Source: Eledone cirrhosa
Lineage: Eukaryota
Direction: 5' to 3'
Length of the DNA: 64,000 nt
Assembly (NCBI GenBank): GCA_964016885.1
Contig: OZ024741.1
Span: 304,544,001 to 304,608,000, forward strand
In this document: positions 13,001-26,700 of the stretch, piece by piece
Position numbering within the stretch: the stretch's first letter is position 1
Layout: each line of letters starts with the position of its first letter
Notes under the pieces: model-generated
The model's input: the letters and a program-made list of their open reading frames with translations, nothing else
Told to the model about the DNA's origin: nothing
Database searches by the model: none
Position numbers and translations under genes: made by a program

Positions 13001-16000
13001 CCTGGTTGATCATTGCTCCTGTCACCACTTCGTATTCTCTTAGTGTAGTGCCGATCGCCTCGATGTGTTTGGCGTTTGACACCACTATGGTTACATCGTC
13101 CGCATATGCTGACACGGATCTTCCGCATCCTAGTTCGCGCGGGACCTCCCTCAACGTCTCCAGTTTGTGCAGTAATGGCTCGAGAGTCAATACGTACAAG
13201 AGGGACGACAGGGGACATCCTTGGCGGACCAAGCGCATGATGTTGAACGGTTCTGAAAGGTGACCGTTCACTCTCACCACAGAGCAGATGTCGCTGTGCA
13301 TGGCAGCGATCCAGCCTCTGAAGACGGGCCCAAAGCCAGCCGCCCTCAGGACTGCCGCTAGGTAAAGATGGTCGACCCTATCGAAAGCTTTCGACTGATC
13401 TAAATTGATCAAGGACCCACCCGTGCCAGGTTCCCTAGCTATCGGCTCCACGATGTATCGCATGAGGTGGAGGTTGTCGTGGATGGATCTGTCGGGAATG
13501 GCGCATGACTGCACTTTTCCTACCAGACCACCAACGACAAGCGCCAACTTCTTTGCTAGCACCTTGGCCAAAATCTTGAACTCTATGTTTAGCAGAGTTA
13601 TGGGCCTGAAATTATCTATGTTATCCCCCTTGTTCGGATCCTTTTTCAGCAGCGCCACCGCTCCTCGGCTCACATTCTGTTGCCAGTTGTAGTAGACGTC
13701 CGCCAAGAGGCCTCCGAACAAGTCTGGCATCTGTACGTAAAGTTCATAGGGCAGACCATCCAAACCAGGCGATTTACCCCTTGTGCAGCCAGTCATTGCC
13801 TCCCGTACTTCAGCTGCTGTTATCGGCTTTTCGCAACACTCCGCCTCAGTGGCCGAGAGCCGCAGCAGTCCGTCGAGGTAGACACTAAAGTCCATCCGGC
13901 CCACCGCTGCCCCCGAACAGCTGAGCGAAGTGTTGCTGAAAAGCTTCACACATTTGCCCGGGATCGAGTAGCATGAGCCTGTCGTGGTCCACCAAAGACT
14001 GGATCGTGGCTTTGTTGCCACGTCGCGCCTCCGCCAGTCGGGCCCATTGAACAGCTTTTGTCCCCTCGTGTCTGAGAGCACGCACCCTAGCTCTGACAAC
14101 ACAGCCTTCATGCTTTTCATTGAAGAATTGGTCAAGGGCCAATTTCGCTGCAAGTACGTCGGTCACGATGCCTTTGCTAAGCGCCTCGTCTAATTTTCTA
14201 ACTAGTTCTCCCTCTGCTTTATTTTTTTCTATTGCTAAAGCCATACTAAACCTAATGGACTCTGTTCTAATCACTCTTTTCAGAGCAAACCACCGATTGT
14301 TGTTGACGATGCCCCCCGTCAATGCCCGCTTAACTAGTTCGCTAATCCGCGCTGGTAATGACGCGTTTAGCTTCCAGTAGCCGGGTCCTTGTCTATGAAG
14401 CCTATCTAAGTCAACCACACAGATCAGGAATTTGTGGTCCGTGTAGCTGACTATCTTGAATTGTGGACAGCCTATGCTAGACCTATCTATTTCCCTACAA
14501 AATACTCTATCTAGATATGATCTGGATGACCCGATGCGGTTTGTCCAAGTCCACATTGGCACATTCGGGAAATCCAATCGGTACCTGTCAGACAGTTCAA
14601 AACGCCTGAGCAGCTTGGTGAGGTTCCTGCACCCTCCTCCCCTATTCGCTAATCCCACACAGTCCCAGCATGCATCTAAGATCCTGTTCCAGTCGCCCAC
14701 TAACACTAAAGAGCGGGAAGTTCCAAGAAAGGTCTCCAGACGCCGGAAGAAATTAGGCCGCCCTGCTCCTGTCGGGGCATAGACGGCCACTAGCCTGAAA
14801 GCTTGCCCGTCTCCGCTGGTCACGTCCAGCACCACCAACTTACGTTCTGGGTCCAGGAAGATGGCCCATATGGCAAGATCCAAACCTCTCCGAAAAAGCA
14901 CAGCAACTCCTCCCCCCGATCCAGGACGGATGGGAGATGCGCACACATCGTAGCTGCCGAAGATCGGTGCGAAGGCCCGTGTCTCGGAGATTCTGGTCTC
15001 GCTGATGGCCACCACATCTATGTTTAGCAACCTGTGATCGTTCAGCAGGTGCCCCTGCTTCCAAGACGACCCCAGACCACATACATTTATGCTACCTATT
15101 CTGAGAGTAGCCATGTTGGCTAGGGTATGAGGAAAATAGGTGAGAGGGGAGCAGTACAAAAAAATTACCTGGGACTCTTCTTTAGGAAGGGGGTGGGTGA
15201 TCCATCCCTCCGACCATTGGTGAGTTTCTCCACGAGAATATCCGTGAATATTCTTTTGGTGATGTTCCCTCGGTAGTCTCCAATTGATGTGGGGAACATT
15301 TTTTTTAATGTTATGTAATTTTTTTGAGTAATTTCTATTATTTTTATGTGTGTGTGTGGGGGGGGGGTACAATTTTGGTGGTTTGTACGTAGTTTGTTTC
15401 TGTGATGTTGGTGTGGTGTTGAATGTAATTTAAAAGCTTTGTTATGTCTGTGTCTATGGCTGTTTATTGTGTCTGTTGTTTGGGTGTTGGTGTTTTCTGT
15501 GTTTGCTGTCATGTTGTTGGAGGTGACGATGGAGTAGATGGTAAGGGTGGTGGTGGTGGTGGTGGTGGTGGTGGTGGTGATGGTGTAGGTGGTTGTGGGG
15601 GTGTGGCTGTTGATGGTGGTGGAGGAGGTGGGGTAGTTTTCATTTTCTTTTTTTTTAAGGTTCCTAATTTTTTTTTTTTTGGGGGGGGGGGGGTGTTCTT
15701 CCTTTTTTTGTGTTGGAATAGTTCTCCACTTTTTGGCCTCATCGCACTCCTTGTCCGATTTGGCTATGTCAGGAAGGGTTATGCTTTCCATTGGTTTTGT
15801 GGGTGGTGGAAGAGATGGTATTTTTGTTGTTGGGGATGGTGATTTCTCTTCTGCCACTGTGTTCTTTGTTTCTTTGTCTGCTCTAGTTGCGGGGCACGGC
15901 GTGGCGAGAAGGGGTGAGTGCGTGCCTGTTTTGGTAATTTTGGGGCAGAATGCCTTAAGGTGCGTCTTGTCACCGCATCCATGACACCTTGGGCGCCTAC

Positions 16001-19000
16001 CATCGACAGTCACGGGTAGATGGCTGCCGTCGTCCAGGTCTATTACATCGGGGATGGCCTCAACGCTTTCGTGGTCTGCTTGGATGATTAGCTCCATCCC
16101 CGATCCTGTCCAATTTTCCTGTCTTATTCGTATGACGTTGAGTATGGTTGTTGAATCTACAACGTCAGCAAGGATGGCTGCCGTCAACCACGCCATCTCC
16201 ACTGAGGGTGGTACCTGGCCCACTCAAACCCTCACGACTCTTTGGCCGCAATATGTGGGCATCATTGTGATTTCGTTGCTGTGGAGTGGTGCAATGGAGT
16301 GTGCTCTGGCTTCTTCCGGTGTAACGAAGAGCACACCCACAGTGCCATATCTCTATCCCCGGGCTATATATGATTTTCTGTGCCCAGACGGCACCCATAG
16401 CTCTTTGGATCTGTGACTCCGTTGCTGCCCGTTCAACTTGCCTGGATTTTGATCCGATCGTGTGATAACTGACCGAACACAAAAGTTTGTTTCTTATTAT
16501 CTCAGCTGGGCGGGTGAGACTTACTCTGTGTCCGTTTTTTTTTACCAAGACCTTTGCTTGTTTTATCTCTTCGTTAGTAATGTTTATTTGCTCAAACTTG
16601 TTGGTCGCTTTCACGAAAGATGTGTTTGTTTTGATTTGTGATAAAATTATTGTGTAAAGTGCTCAGGTGCACTACAACTCGTCAAAGGTGCATGTATAGT
16701 ACATAACATCATCTGACCTGGCTTGTCTCAACAAGACAACTCGTCTAACCCATGCTAGCATGGAAATATGGGCAATAAACAGTGATGATAATGATGATGA
16801 TGATATATATTTGAAAACAGAGTCTCACGTAGATAAAATCATATAAAATGAAAAAATAATATGGGCGGAGATAACAGAAAAATGAACAAACACAGACAAT
16901 CCCCTCTCATCAATCACTAGAGATACATTGTTTCAATGCTTTAAGATTGATACAACTGGCCAAATTGTCTTGTCTTATGTTCATTTGTTATTGTTCTTTG
17001 TGCAATGGAGCTAGTTATATCAATCTTAAAGCACTGAAACAATGTATCCCCAGTGATCGACTGATGAGAGGACACTGTCTATGTTTCGTTTATTTTTCTG
17101 TTGTCTTCGCCCATACGGTTCTTATATATTTGATATATATTTATCATCCTTATCGAGCCCTCTTTGGATTTTAGTCTTCAAATTTATTATTATTACTATA
17201 TATATATATAAGTACCACCAAACTCTGGGAGGGCTCTGTAGAAACAGTAGACAGCTTCTGCTACCTTAGGTGACCGAATTAGCAGCGGAGGTGGGTGTTC
17301 GGAAAGTACAATAACTAGGGTAAGAACGGGATGGAAGAAGTTCAGGGAGCTACTGCCACTGCTAGCTACAAAAGGTTTTTCCCTCAAAATGAAAGGCAGA
17401 CTGTATGATGCATGTATACGAACAGCAATGTTACATGGTAGTGAGACCTGGGCGCTGAAGGTGGGAGACTTGTGTAGATTAGAAAGAAACAAAGCCTGCA
17501 TGCTCCAATGGATGTGTAATAGAAATATATGCGAACGGCAAAGCATAAATGAATTGAGAGAGAGACTGAGCATAAGAGGAATCAAATGCTGTGTGCAGGA
17601 GAGGCAGTTGCATTGGTATTGACATGTGATGCGAATGAAGGATGACAGCTGCATGAAAAGGTGCAGAGCACTAGAAGTCGATGGAAACCACGGAGTGGGG
17701 AGACCCAAGAAGACCTGGGATGAAGTGATAAAAGCCGATCTTACCCAATTACACCTCTCAAAGGCGATGACATGACCGTGACTTCTGGCGTCACACAGTA
17801 ATACAGAAGACTTGACCTCCCACGGGTACAAGCCAATGCTGAAGCATATAGACAATATGACCCCACACCCTCCCACTGCAAAGTGGTCGTGGAGGTGCCA
17901 CGGCAAAAAAGCACCCAGCCCACACTGTAAAGTGGACATGTAGGTGCCACGGAAAAAAAGCACCCAGCACTCACTGTAAATGAGGTTAGTGTTAGGAAGG
18001 GCATCCAGCTGTAGAAATCAAGCCAGAATCAGTTCCCGTATGAGCAAGACAAGGTCAGCCGACCGGACACTGCCCACAACAGGACAACCCGTCTAACCCA
18101 TGCTAGCGTGGAAGAGGAGACATAAAACAGTGATGATAAGCAAGCATTGTACCAAGAAGAATATAAATATCAGCAAGAAAGGGGATTAGGAATTTATTTG
18201 CTTTAGCATATGTATCTATGTCTATTATAATTGTCTACACATGCTGACTACAATATATATTGTTCAATTATATGCAATACTTAATTATTTATCACACTTC
18301 ATCGGAAAGTCTATAATTGTGGAAGTGACTATTCATAACGCAGTAGAATTCAGGAATGGGATTTTCGTTTAAGAAAATATAAATAAGTCAAAATGACAAT
18401 AAAAATAGAATAAGATACAGTAAGTTAGTGTGACAGTAGAGAGAGTTAAGAGGAGGGGGGGGGGTGGGGGGTTAAAGAGTTTCACATTATCAATCTGTGT
18501 GCTGTGATGTGGAACAATTATTCTTTGACCATTGGTATGGGTGAAGGTTTTGAGTGATTTGAAAATGTGGAAATCCTAAATGCAGAAAATAACTAACAGC
18601 AGTCAATCACTATAAACAATAGCTTAGAAAATTGGGTAAAATACCACTGGAGACAGAAAAAGGTGTATGATACCTGAGAAGTCTCGAAAAAAAAAAGTGA
18701 ATATGCTCCAATGGATGTGTATTGTTATTATGCATGGATGATGTAACTTAAATGAGCTGAGAGAAAACTTGCTATAAGAGGATTGCATTGGTATGCTCAT
18801 GTGATGCTTAAGGAAGGTGACAACTGTATAAAGAAGTGCAGAGAAATCTCAGTAGATGGAACTTCTGGAAGTGACAGACCCAGGAAAACATGAGATGAGG
18901 TGATGAAGGCTAACCTTAAGAAGCTGTACCCCACAACAGAGTTGACAAATGATCTTGAGGACTGGCAATATGCTGTTCTGCTGAAGACCCGTCTACCAGC

Positions 19001-22000
19001 CTAAGACTTGATCTGACTTGACCAATCCACGTATCACTCCTCTAACCCATTATCACCCTTTAGTAGCCAGCCTCACTATCACTACACACCCACACCCTCA
19101 TGCAACCACTGCCCTTCATGCACCCTCACCCTCATACCTATAGTGGCTATTTTCAACATCACTGTACACCTCCACCCTACTCATTCCAGGATCACTTCTA
19201 CCCCTGTTAATTCCCAACACCCATACTCTATCCAGCGTCATCATTCATTCATCTTCCCACTCAACTCACCAATCATAGCCTCTGGTAGCTGTTATACCAT
19301 AGTACCTTCCACATAGTCAGAGGTTTCCCATCCCATCCACCACCACACCCTGTCAAATCTTCCCCACACTCCTCTGTAGGGCAGTGAGGGTTCTTCAGTT
19401 GAGTCAAGAATAACAACTTCTCTAGTGACAGTGCCATGATAAATGTACCCAGTACACCTAGTAAGGTGGTTGGTAATTGGAGAAGCAACCAGCTGTAGGA
19501 ACCATGTCAAAAAGGATCAAGAGGACTCTTTTTTGTGTGCCAGAAGCACAATAACCTCTCTAGTATTGGTCATCTACATGATAAACACCCAGTATACTCT
19601 GTAAAGTAGTTTGTGAGAGGAAGGACATCCAACTGTAGAAAACTTGCCAAAGGAAAGGTTGTGAAGACTTTGCAGCTATGCCAAACACATGACAACTTCA
19701 TTAATGTGGGTGTCACGATAAAATGCACTCAATAGAGTATGGAACTGTATATATGTGTGTGTATTTTTATATATATTTACATACATACCATCAGTGGTAT
19801 GTTCATATATATATATATATATGGGTTGGACTGAACTTCTTGAAATACTATATTGCAGGCAGATGCCCTTCATGACTACATGCTAGAATTATACATATAT
19901 ATATATATATATGTGAGTGTGTATCCTGGGTTCAGTTGAGGGTAACCACAGTATATACATCATCATCATCATCGTTTAATGTCCATGTTCCACACTTGCA
20001 TGGGTTTGGACGGTAGTTTTCCCACTTGAGGCAAAATTGGTTGTCCTCCTCGCATAGGACTGTCTGGCGGGTTTTCTACGGCTGGATGCCCTTCCTAACA
20101 CCAACCACGTTTACAGTGGGGCTGGGAGGTTTTTACCGTGTTACCTACACGGCCACATTACAGCGTGGACTGTGTGTTTTTTGTTGTGACACCTACACGA
20201 CCTCATTTGTTTCGGACTGGATGTTGTGGTACCAACATAACTTTACATCGAAAGGAGTGGTGTGGATGGGGTGGGGGGGGTGTATTTTTGTTAAGAGGTG
20301 CCTACTGACTAGGTTTTGCTTTGTACTTAGGCTAGGCGGGTCTTCTGTATTACTGTGTAGCGCCAAAGATCTCGGTCCAGTGACATTGTCTTGGAGAGGT
20401 GTAAATGTGTGAGGTCGGAATTTATCAAGTCGTCCCAGGTTTTTCTGGGTCTGCCTACTCCGTGGCTACCGTCTATTTTTATCGCCCTGCACTTTTTTAT
20501 ACAGCTGTCGTCTTTCATGCGCATCACGTGACCGCACCAATGTAGTCTTCTCTAGAGTAAACAACATCTGATCCCTCTTAGTTCGTTTATGCTTTGCCAT
20601 TCACGTATATTACTATTACACATCCAGCGGAGCATGCAAGCTTCATTTCTCTCCAGTCTGCGTATATCCTCTGCACACAATGCCCAGGTCTCACTGCCAT
20701 GCAACATTGCTGTTCGTATGCCGGCATCATACAGCCTGCCCTTCATTTTTAGAGAGAACCCTTTAGCGGCTAATAGTGGTATAAGCTCTCTGAACTTTTT
20801 ACATCCAGTTCTGACTCTAGCTACTGTACTTTCAGAGTACTCTCCCCCACTGCTGATTTTGTCACCCAGGTAACGGAAGCTGTCCACTTTTTCTATAGAA
20901 CCATCTGTGCAATGGAATGAGCTAATATTCTGTGGGCACTTGCTGCTACTTATTGCACCAGAGCACCGGCCACACATATAAAATCTATATTCTTAGTTAT
21001 ATATATATAAGGTGTGAATATACATATATATATATGTATAAATATACATATATATATATATATAAGGTGTGAAACTAATGTGAAGATTTTGTGTAATTAT
21101 ATCTCTGTCTATTTTAACCTTGAATTATATATATATATGTGTGTCTGTTAAAGTATGATAATGATATATAACATTATCAGTGCCTGTGTGTATGTATCCT
21201 GTTCTGGTTTATAAACCCCTGCTAGTAGGGAAAGCAGAAGTTACGATGATAATGATGATATTCATTGCTCTATTTTTTTTTTTTTTTTACTGTGCTACCT
21301 TTCTGATATATTCTTTTTCCCTTTTCAAATAAATAGATAAAATCTACTAGCTATATTAAGTACCTTTTCTCTTGTTTGTATACTCAAATGCATAAATGCC
21401 TATACATATATAATAAATAACAAAGAACGCTTATAGCATATGCATATCTTTACTTGCTAACATTGTTTCATCCGCACTATAAGTGGGACTCATCAGAGCA
21501 TAAAGGTTAATTACATACAAATGCCTATACATATATATATGTGTGCGTGAGGGTTGGCTGAAAAGTTCATACTGTCATGGAGTGACCAAACGAAGTATAC
21601 TTTTCAACATAGTCCATGGAAAGAAACAATGCACTTATTAATAAAGATAGTTGAAATTAATGCATGCAAGATTTCACAGCTCTAGCATCACTCCAGCTGA
21701 CCGTCAGATATTGACTAGAATAATAAGACTCAGTTTTTTACTTCTTTTTAATTAGCATTAATCCTCTCAAGGACTATTTCTCTGGGATATTTTATGTGCT
21801 GATTGTAAAATATCTGGACGTGTTTCAAAAAAACACTCCAAACCTGGAAGAGCAATTTAGATTTAAAACATCTAATTTAAACACAAATTACTAATTAGTA
21901 AGAGGAAGAACAAAAAATCACAGTGCTCAATATTTAGAAAAGAAAGCAGGTAGAAAATCAATACTCTGTAAACAAACAATGAATAGGCAAATAGATGTAG

Positions 22001-23666
22001 TGAAAAAATTGGCAAGCACAGCAGGGAGCTTCAGGTGTGATGAATGCAAAGTTACAGTTACTAACAGGAGCATAAACTGTTGAACTTCTTAGACATTTTG
22101 TTAATTCAATTTCTGTTATTAGGTGATCTAATTAGTTCTGTAAATTGTGACAGTGACTGTGTGGTTGCTCAAGTAGAAAACATTGAGGGTGGGGAGGTGG
22201 AGATTGTGTTTGTTTCCAACAAGGCTTCTTTGGGAGCATGTATATAAAGTGTGATACATGAGTATGACGTGTAGGAAGCATGTATATGACATATAATGCT
22301 ACATGGGTATAAGACATGGCAACTGCAGCAACTTGAGAAAAATGAGTTCATTGCATATGTAATGTTAACCCTTTTGACATGAAACCACCTGGTTCTATGA
22401 TACAAAGCTGTTTATTTTTAAATATTTATATTTATCTAAAAACCTTCCATCAATATTTTAAGGGAAGAACCTCACTTAATTTATGTTCCAAACACCAGCT
22501 TACTAATGAGAAAGTTAGCTATATTATTAAATCTTTCTAAATTCTTCATTATTTTCAAAATTATTTGAAAATCAAAGGCAGTGTCTTTCATTAGAAATAT
22601 AGTAACACAAGGATATCAGGAGAAGAGATCACTGTAATGGTATCATCATCATCATCATCATCGTTTAACGTCCATCATTCCACGCTTGCATGGGTTTGGA
22701 CGGGAATTTTCCCACTTGAGGCAAGATTGGTTGTCTTGCTCGTATAGGACTGTCTGGCAGGTTTTCTATGGCTGGATGCTCTTCCTAAAACCAACCACGT
22801 TTACAGTGTAGACTGGGAGGTTTTTACCATGTTACCTACACGGCCACATTACAGCGTGGACTGTGTGTTTTTTTGTCGTGACACCTACACGTATATACAT
22901 GCAATACAAATGGATGATGAGTGTTTGTGCTAACAGTGGAAAGCACCCACAATAAAAGTGGAAGAATTGAGGTAAAATTTCAGAATGTTATGCATCACAG
23001 ACAAGATGACATGGAACTGAGGTTAGAACAATTTACTATACAGCATGTCAGTCCAAAGTGTCCTAGTATTGACAAATCAATGTTAAAATTACTCCAAATA
23101 CAATCTACATTTAAGGTGATCGATTTGGTAGTGTCTTTAGAGTCGTTGGATATTTCTTCCAGCTCTCTGAGTTCAAATCCTGTCCTGGACCACCTCGCCT
23201 TTCATCCCTTCAGAGTTCATAAAGCAAGTACCAGCCCAGTGCTGGTGCAACCTTCTCTCCTTCCAGCTGTCACATCCTGGGTGTTCTGCTGGATCAAGGG
23301 AGGGAGCAGGGTTAAGAGATTGTCTGTCTGCTCATGACTGCATGGATACCCAAAATCCTTAATGAAAGCATGGTACACATAACCAAGTCATACTTGATTG
23401 CAAGTGATGACAGTAATTTATATTACATTTTATTATATCAAAGGAAAACAAATAGAAATGAGTTTATTATAAACTCTATAACTGTTTATTTTATCTATTT
23501 CTTCAAGGACGTCTGATTGTGACAAATTTGAGGTTTATCTGGCATGCCCAAGCAGTTCCAAGAGTTAACCTGTGTAAGTATTCTTTTTACCTTTATTAAA
23601 TATAAACCATAATAATATGCCATGTGCTTTTGTATATATAAAAATGGGTAGTAACATATTTATATA

Positions 23667-23724
<58 letters not shown>

Positions 23725-26700
23725 GGGTAGTAACATATTTTTTTATCTCAATGATTTTGCTAGCATAAGGTGTTTACTTTCCAATCACAAGGTCCTGTTC
23801 CCTATACCTACATTTGTATCTGTAAATAGTTATTTCTCCAAAGTTACATATGTCATTTGTACATAAATGCTGAACATTTATGTAATTTTATCCTAGAAAT
23901 AAATGATTAAATATAATTTTTAACTTTAAACATTTCTACATAAACTATAGGGTTTCTTTTATGCAAACCATTACTTTATCAAAACACAAATTTTCCAGTT
24001 TGTATGATTGTTCATATATCCAGTAATCCTTATATGTATAGTATACCAATCCTTTTTCTTCTTCACTCACTTATTCCTGAGAGGGTCGTTGGGGCAGAGT
24101 CCTCAAACACTCCTTCCAACAGGTCCTGTCAAAAGCAACCGTCTTCAACTGATCTGGCTGGATCTCCAAACAAGACCAACCAAGCTCATGGATGTTATCC
24201 GACCATCTTGCTTGGGGTCTACACCTGAGTCTCCTGCTGGTTGGTTTTGCCTGTAAAATCAGTTCAGCAATTCTTTCCTGAGACATTCTAACCACATACC
24301 CATAATATCGGAGCTGTGATCTCTCAATTCGGAGAAGTAGCTACTCTACCTGGAGTGACTCTCTGATCTCTGAGTTATGCACATTATCTAGTAACGTTAC
24401 CCCATTTCGGCTGCTTGTGTTTGCGATCGTATACCAATCCTGAATTCCAAAAAATAAGTGCACTCAGTGCTATTGTCATCATTATTGATAGCTTGGGTCT
24501 ACTAGTTAGATACTCTTAAGTCACAAATAATGGCCCCCACCGCTCATATTCCACCCCACCCCATCCTGTAAATATGAAACACCCTAACGTATATCTAAGT
24601 GGCTGGGTCTATGAGTGCTGGCACTGCAGTATTCACTTAACTATTTCTGCAACAGAGCTGAATGTGTCATCATCATCATCACCATCATCATCACCTTTAT
24701 CATCATTGACATCACCATCAACTACTACTACCACTGCCACCTCCTCTGCTACTACTACTACTACCACCACCACCATCACCTAACTATAGTCTACACCGCC
24801 ACCACACTACTGCTGCTACTACTACTACTAGTACTACTACAATAATCAGTTACCTCTTCCTCTCTACCACAATTACAATTACTACCAACACATGCACTAC
24901 TACTACGCTTGTTTAAAAACATTAAATTTGAACCTGTTATCATATTGCAGCTATTGGACTAAGCTGTATTATTAGCATAGCTACCAAGACAGCCAATTCA
25001 GTAAGTATTTTAAAAATATTATCGAAACCCATTTGTAATTTAATTTGGCATTAAAAATTATATATTGATTTCTAATTTAGACACAAGACCAGTAATTTAG
25101 AGGAGGAAAAAGTTGATTAAATCTACCCTAGCACTTGACTGGAACTTTATTTTAACAACCCTAGCACTTGACTGGAACTGATCTCAGTGGGATTTGAACT
25201 CAGAACATAAACAGCCATCACTAAATCCTGCAAAGCATCTTGTCCGAAACTCTAACAATTTTGCCAATCCACTGTCCTATTAAAAATTATATATTAAAAG
25301 ACATTATCTGCAAAGTTATTTCATTTCTACAAGTCCACACTGTAAAGTAGTCATGTAGGTGACATGATAAAATTACCCAGTGCACACTGTAAATATGGTT
25401 GGCATTAGAAGGGGCATCCAGCCATAGAAACCAAGCCAAGACACGATCATCCGACCTGGCTTGTCTCACAATGGGACAGCTAGTGGGGAAAATGGATGTT
25501 AAACAATGATGATGAGGATGAATATCAATCTAACAATCAGGTTGTTGTTGTTCTCTTCTGTAAGGCAGCTCATGCTGGTGCCATGGAAAATGTTCTCAGT
25601 ACACACTGTAAAGTGGTTGGTATTAAAAAGGGCATCCAGCCATAAAAAACTAAACCCAAAACAAAATGTATAAGCAAGACAATGTCACCTGACCTGCTTA
25701 GCCTCACAACATTACAACCCATCTAACCCATGCAAACATGGAAAATAGACTTTCAACAGTGATAATGATGATTGAATACCTTTATGGAAGCAATAGCTTT
25801 TGATTTGAATGTTACTTCCCTGCATATTACTCAGTATGCATGTATATATGGTCCCATAACTCCTCATATTGTTGTAAGGTTGCCGTCATGTTATTCAGTA
25901 TGTCTTGAGCATTTTAAACCTGGCAGTGCTCGTCCCCTTTGCAGATCTGAACACAGCTGATTTCTTCCAGAGAAGGAGAGAGAGAGAGAGTAATATAGAG
26001 AAGGTGATATAGAGGAAGAATTGACACCAGTACTGGACTGGTGAAAGGATAAAAAGGAAAGTTGACCTCAGCAGGATTTGTACTTAGAGCACAGAGAAGT
26101 GGAAAGAATATAGCAAAGCATTCTATCCAATATTCTAATGAATTTGCCAATTCACTGCCTGCTCAGTGTAAACAATACTGAGATATCACGATTTATGATA
26201 AAATGTCGATCAGAGAAAACTTCATCATTTTAACTCTTAACATCCTGTAATAAATAAGCAAAAAATATCTAAAAACAGGTTTCTTAATTCAAATGTTTAC
26301 TAGTGGACAGGCAGCGAATTGGCAGAGTCGTTAGCACATCGGATAGAATGCTTTACGGAATTTATTCCAGCTCTCTGCTCTCAGAGTTCAAATCCCGCTG
26401 AGGTCAACTTTGCCTTTCATCCTTTAGAGGTTGATAGAAAAAGTACCAGTCTAGTACTAGGGTTAATTCTTTCTCTATATCTCTTTCTCATTTCCTCTCT
26501 CTCTCACTGTCTATCTTTCTCTGGAAGAAATCTGCTGTACTCAGATCTGGAGAGGGATGGGATCCGCCAGGCTTAAAAATGTCCAAGAAATGCCATATGT
26601 CAATACGGCGCCCTATGACTCTATCAGGAATTACGGGACCATACTTACATACTAGTGGACAGATAGCTGGCAAAGTTGACCTTAGTGAGATTTGCATGCA

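Larger units (their letters stand above)
11510..16640 (-). mobile_element. Near full-length Tx1/L1-group non-LTR retrotransposon, frameshifted in both ORFs, antisense in BBS5 intron 2
   Basis: ORF1 has a CCHC knuckle; ORF2 has APE endonuclease, RT and a C-terminal zinc motif. The 3' end reads cccttgtggttAATAAAgaaagc followed by (ATT)n. GC-rich compared with the flanks. Confidence 0.92.

Noticed and set aside
12053-16416. Multiple + strand and alternate-frame ORFs over the Tx1 element
   Set aside because: Shadow ORFs of a GC-rich retrotransposon coding region.
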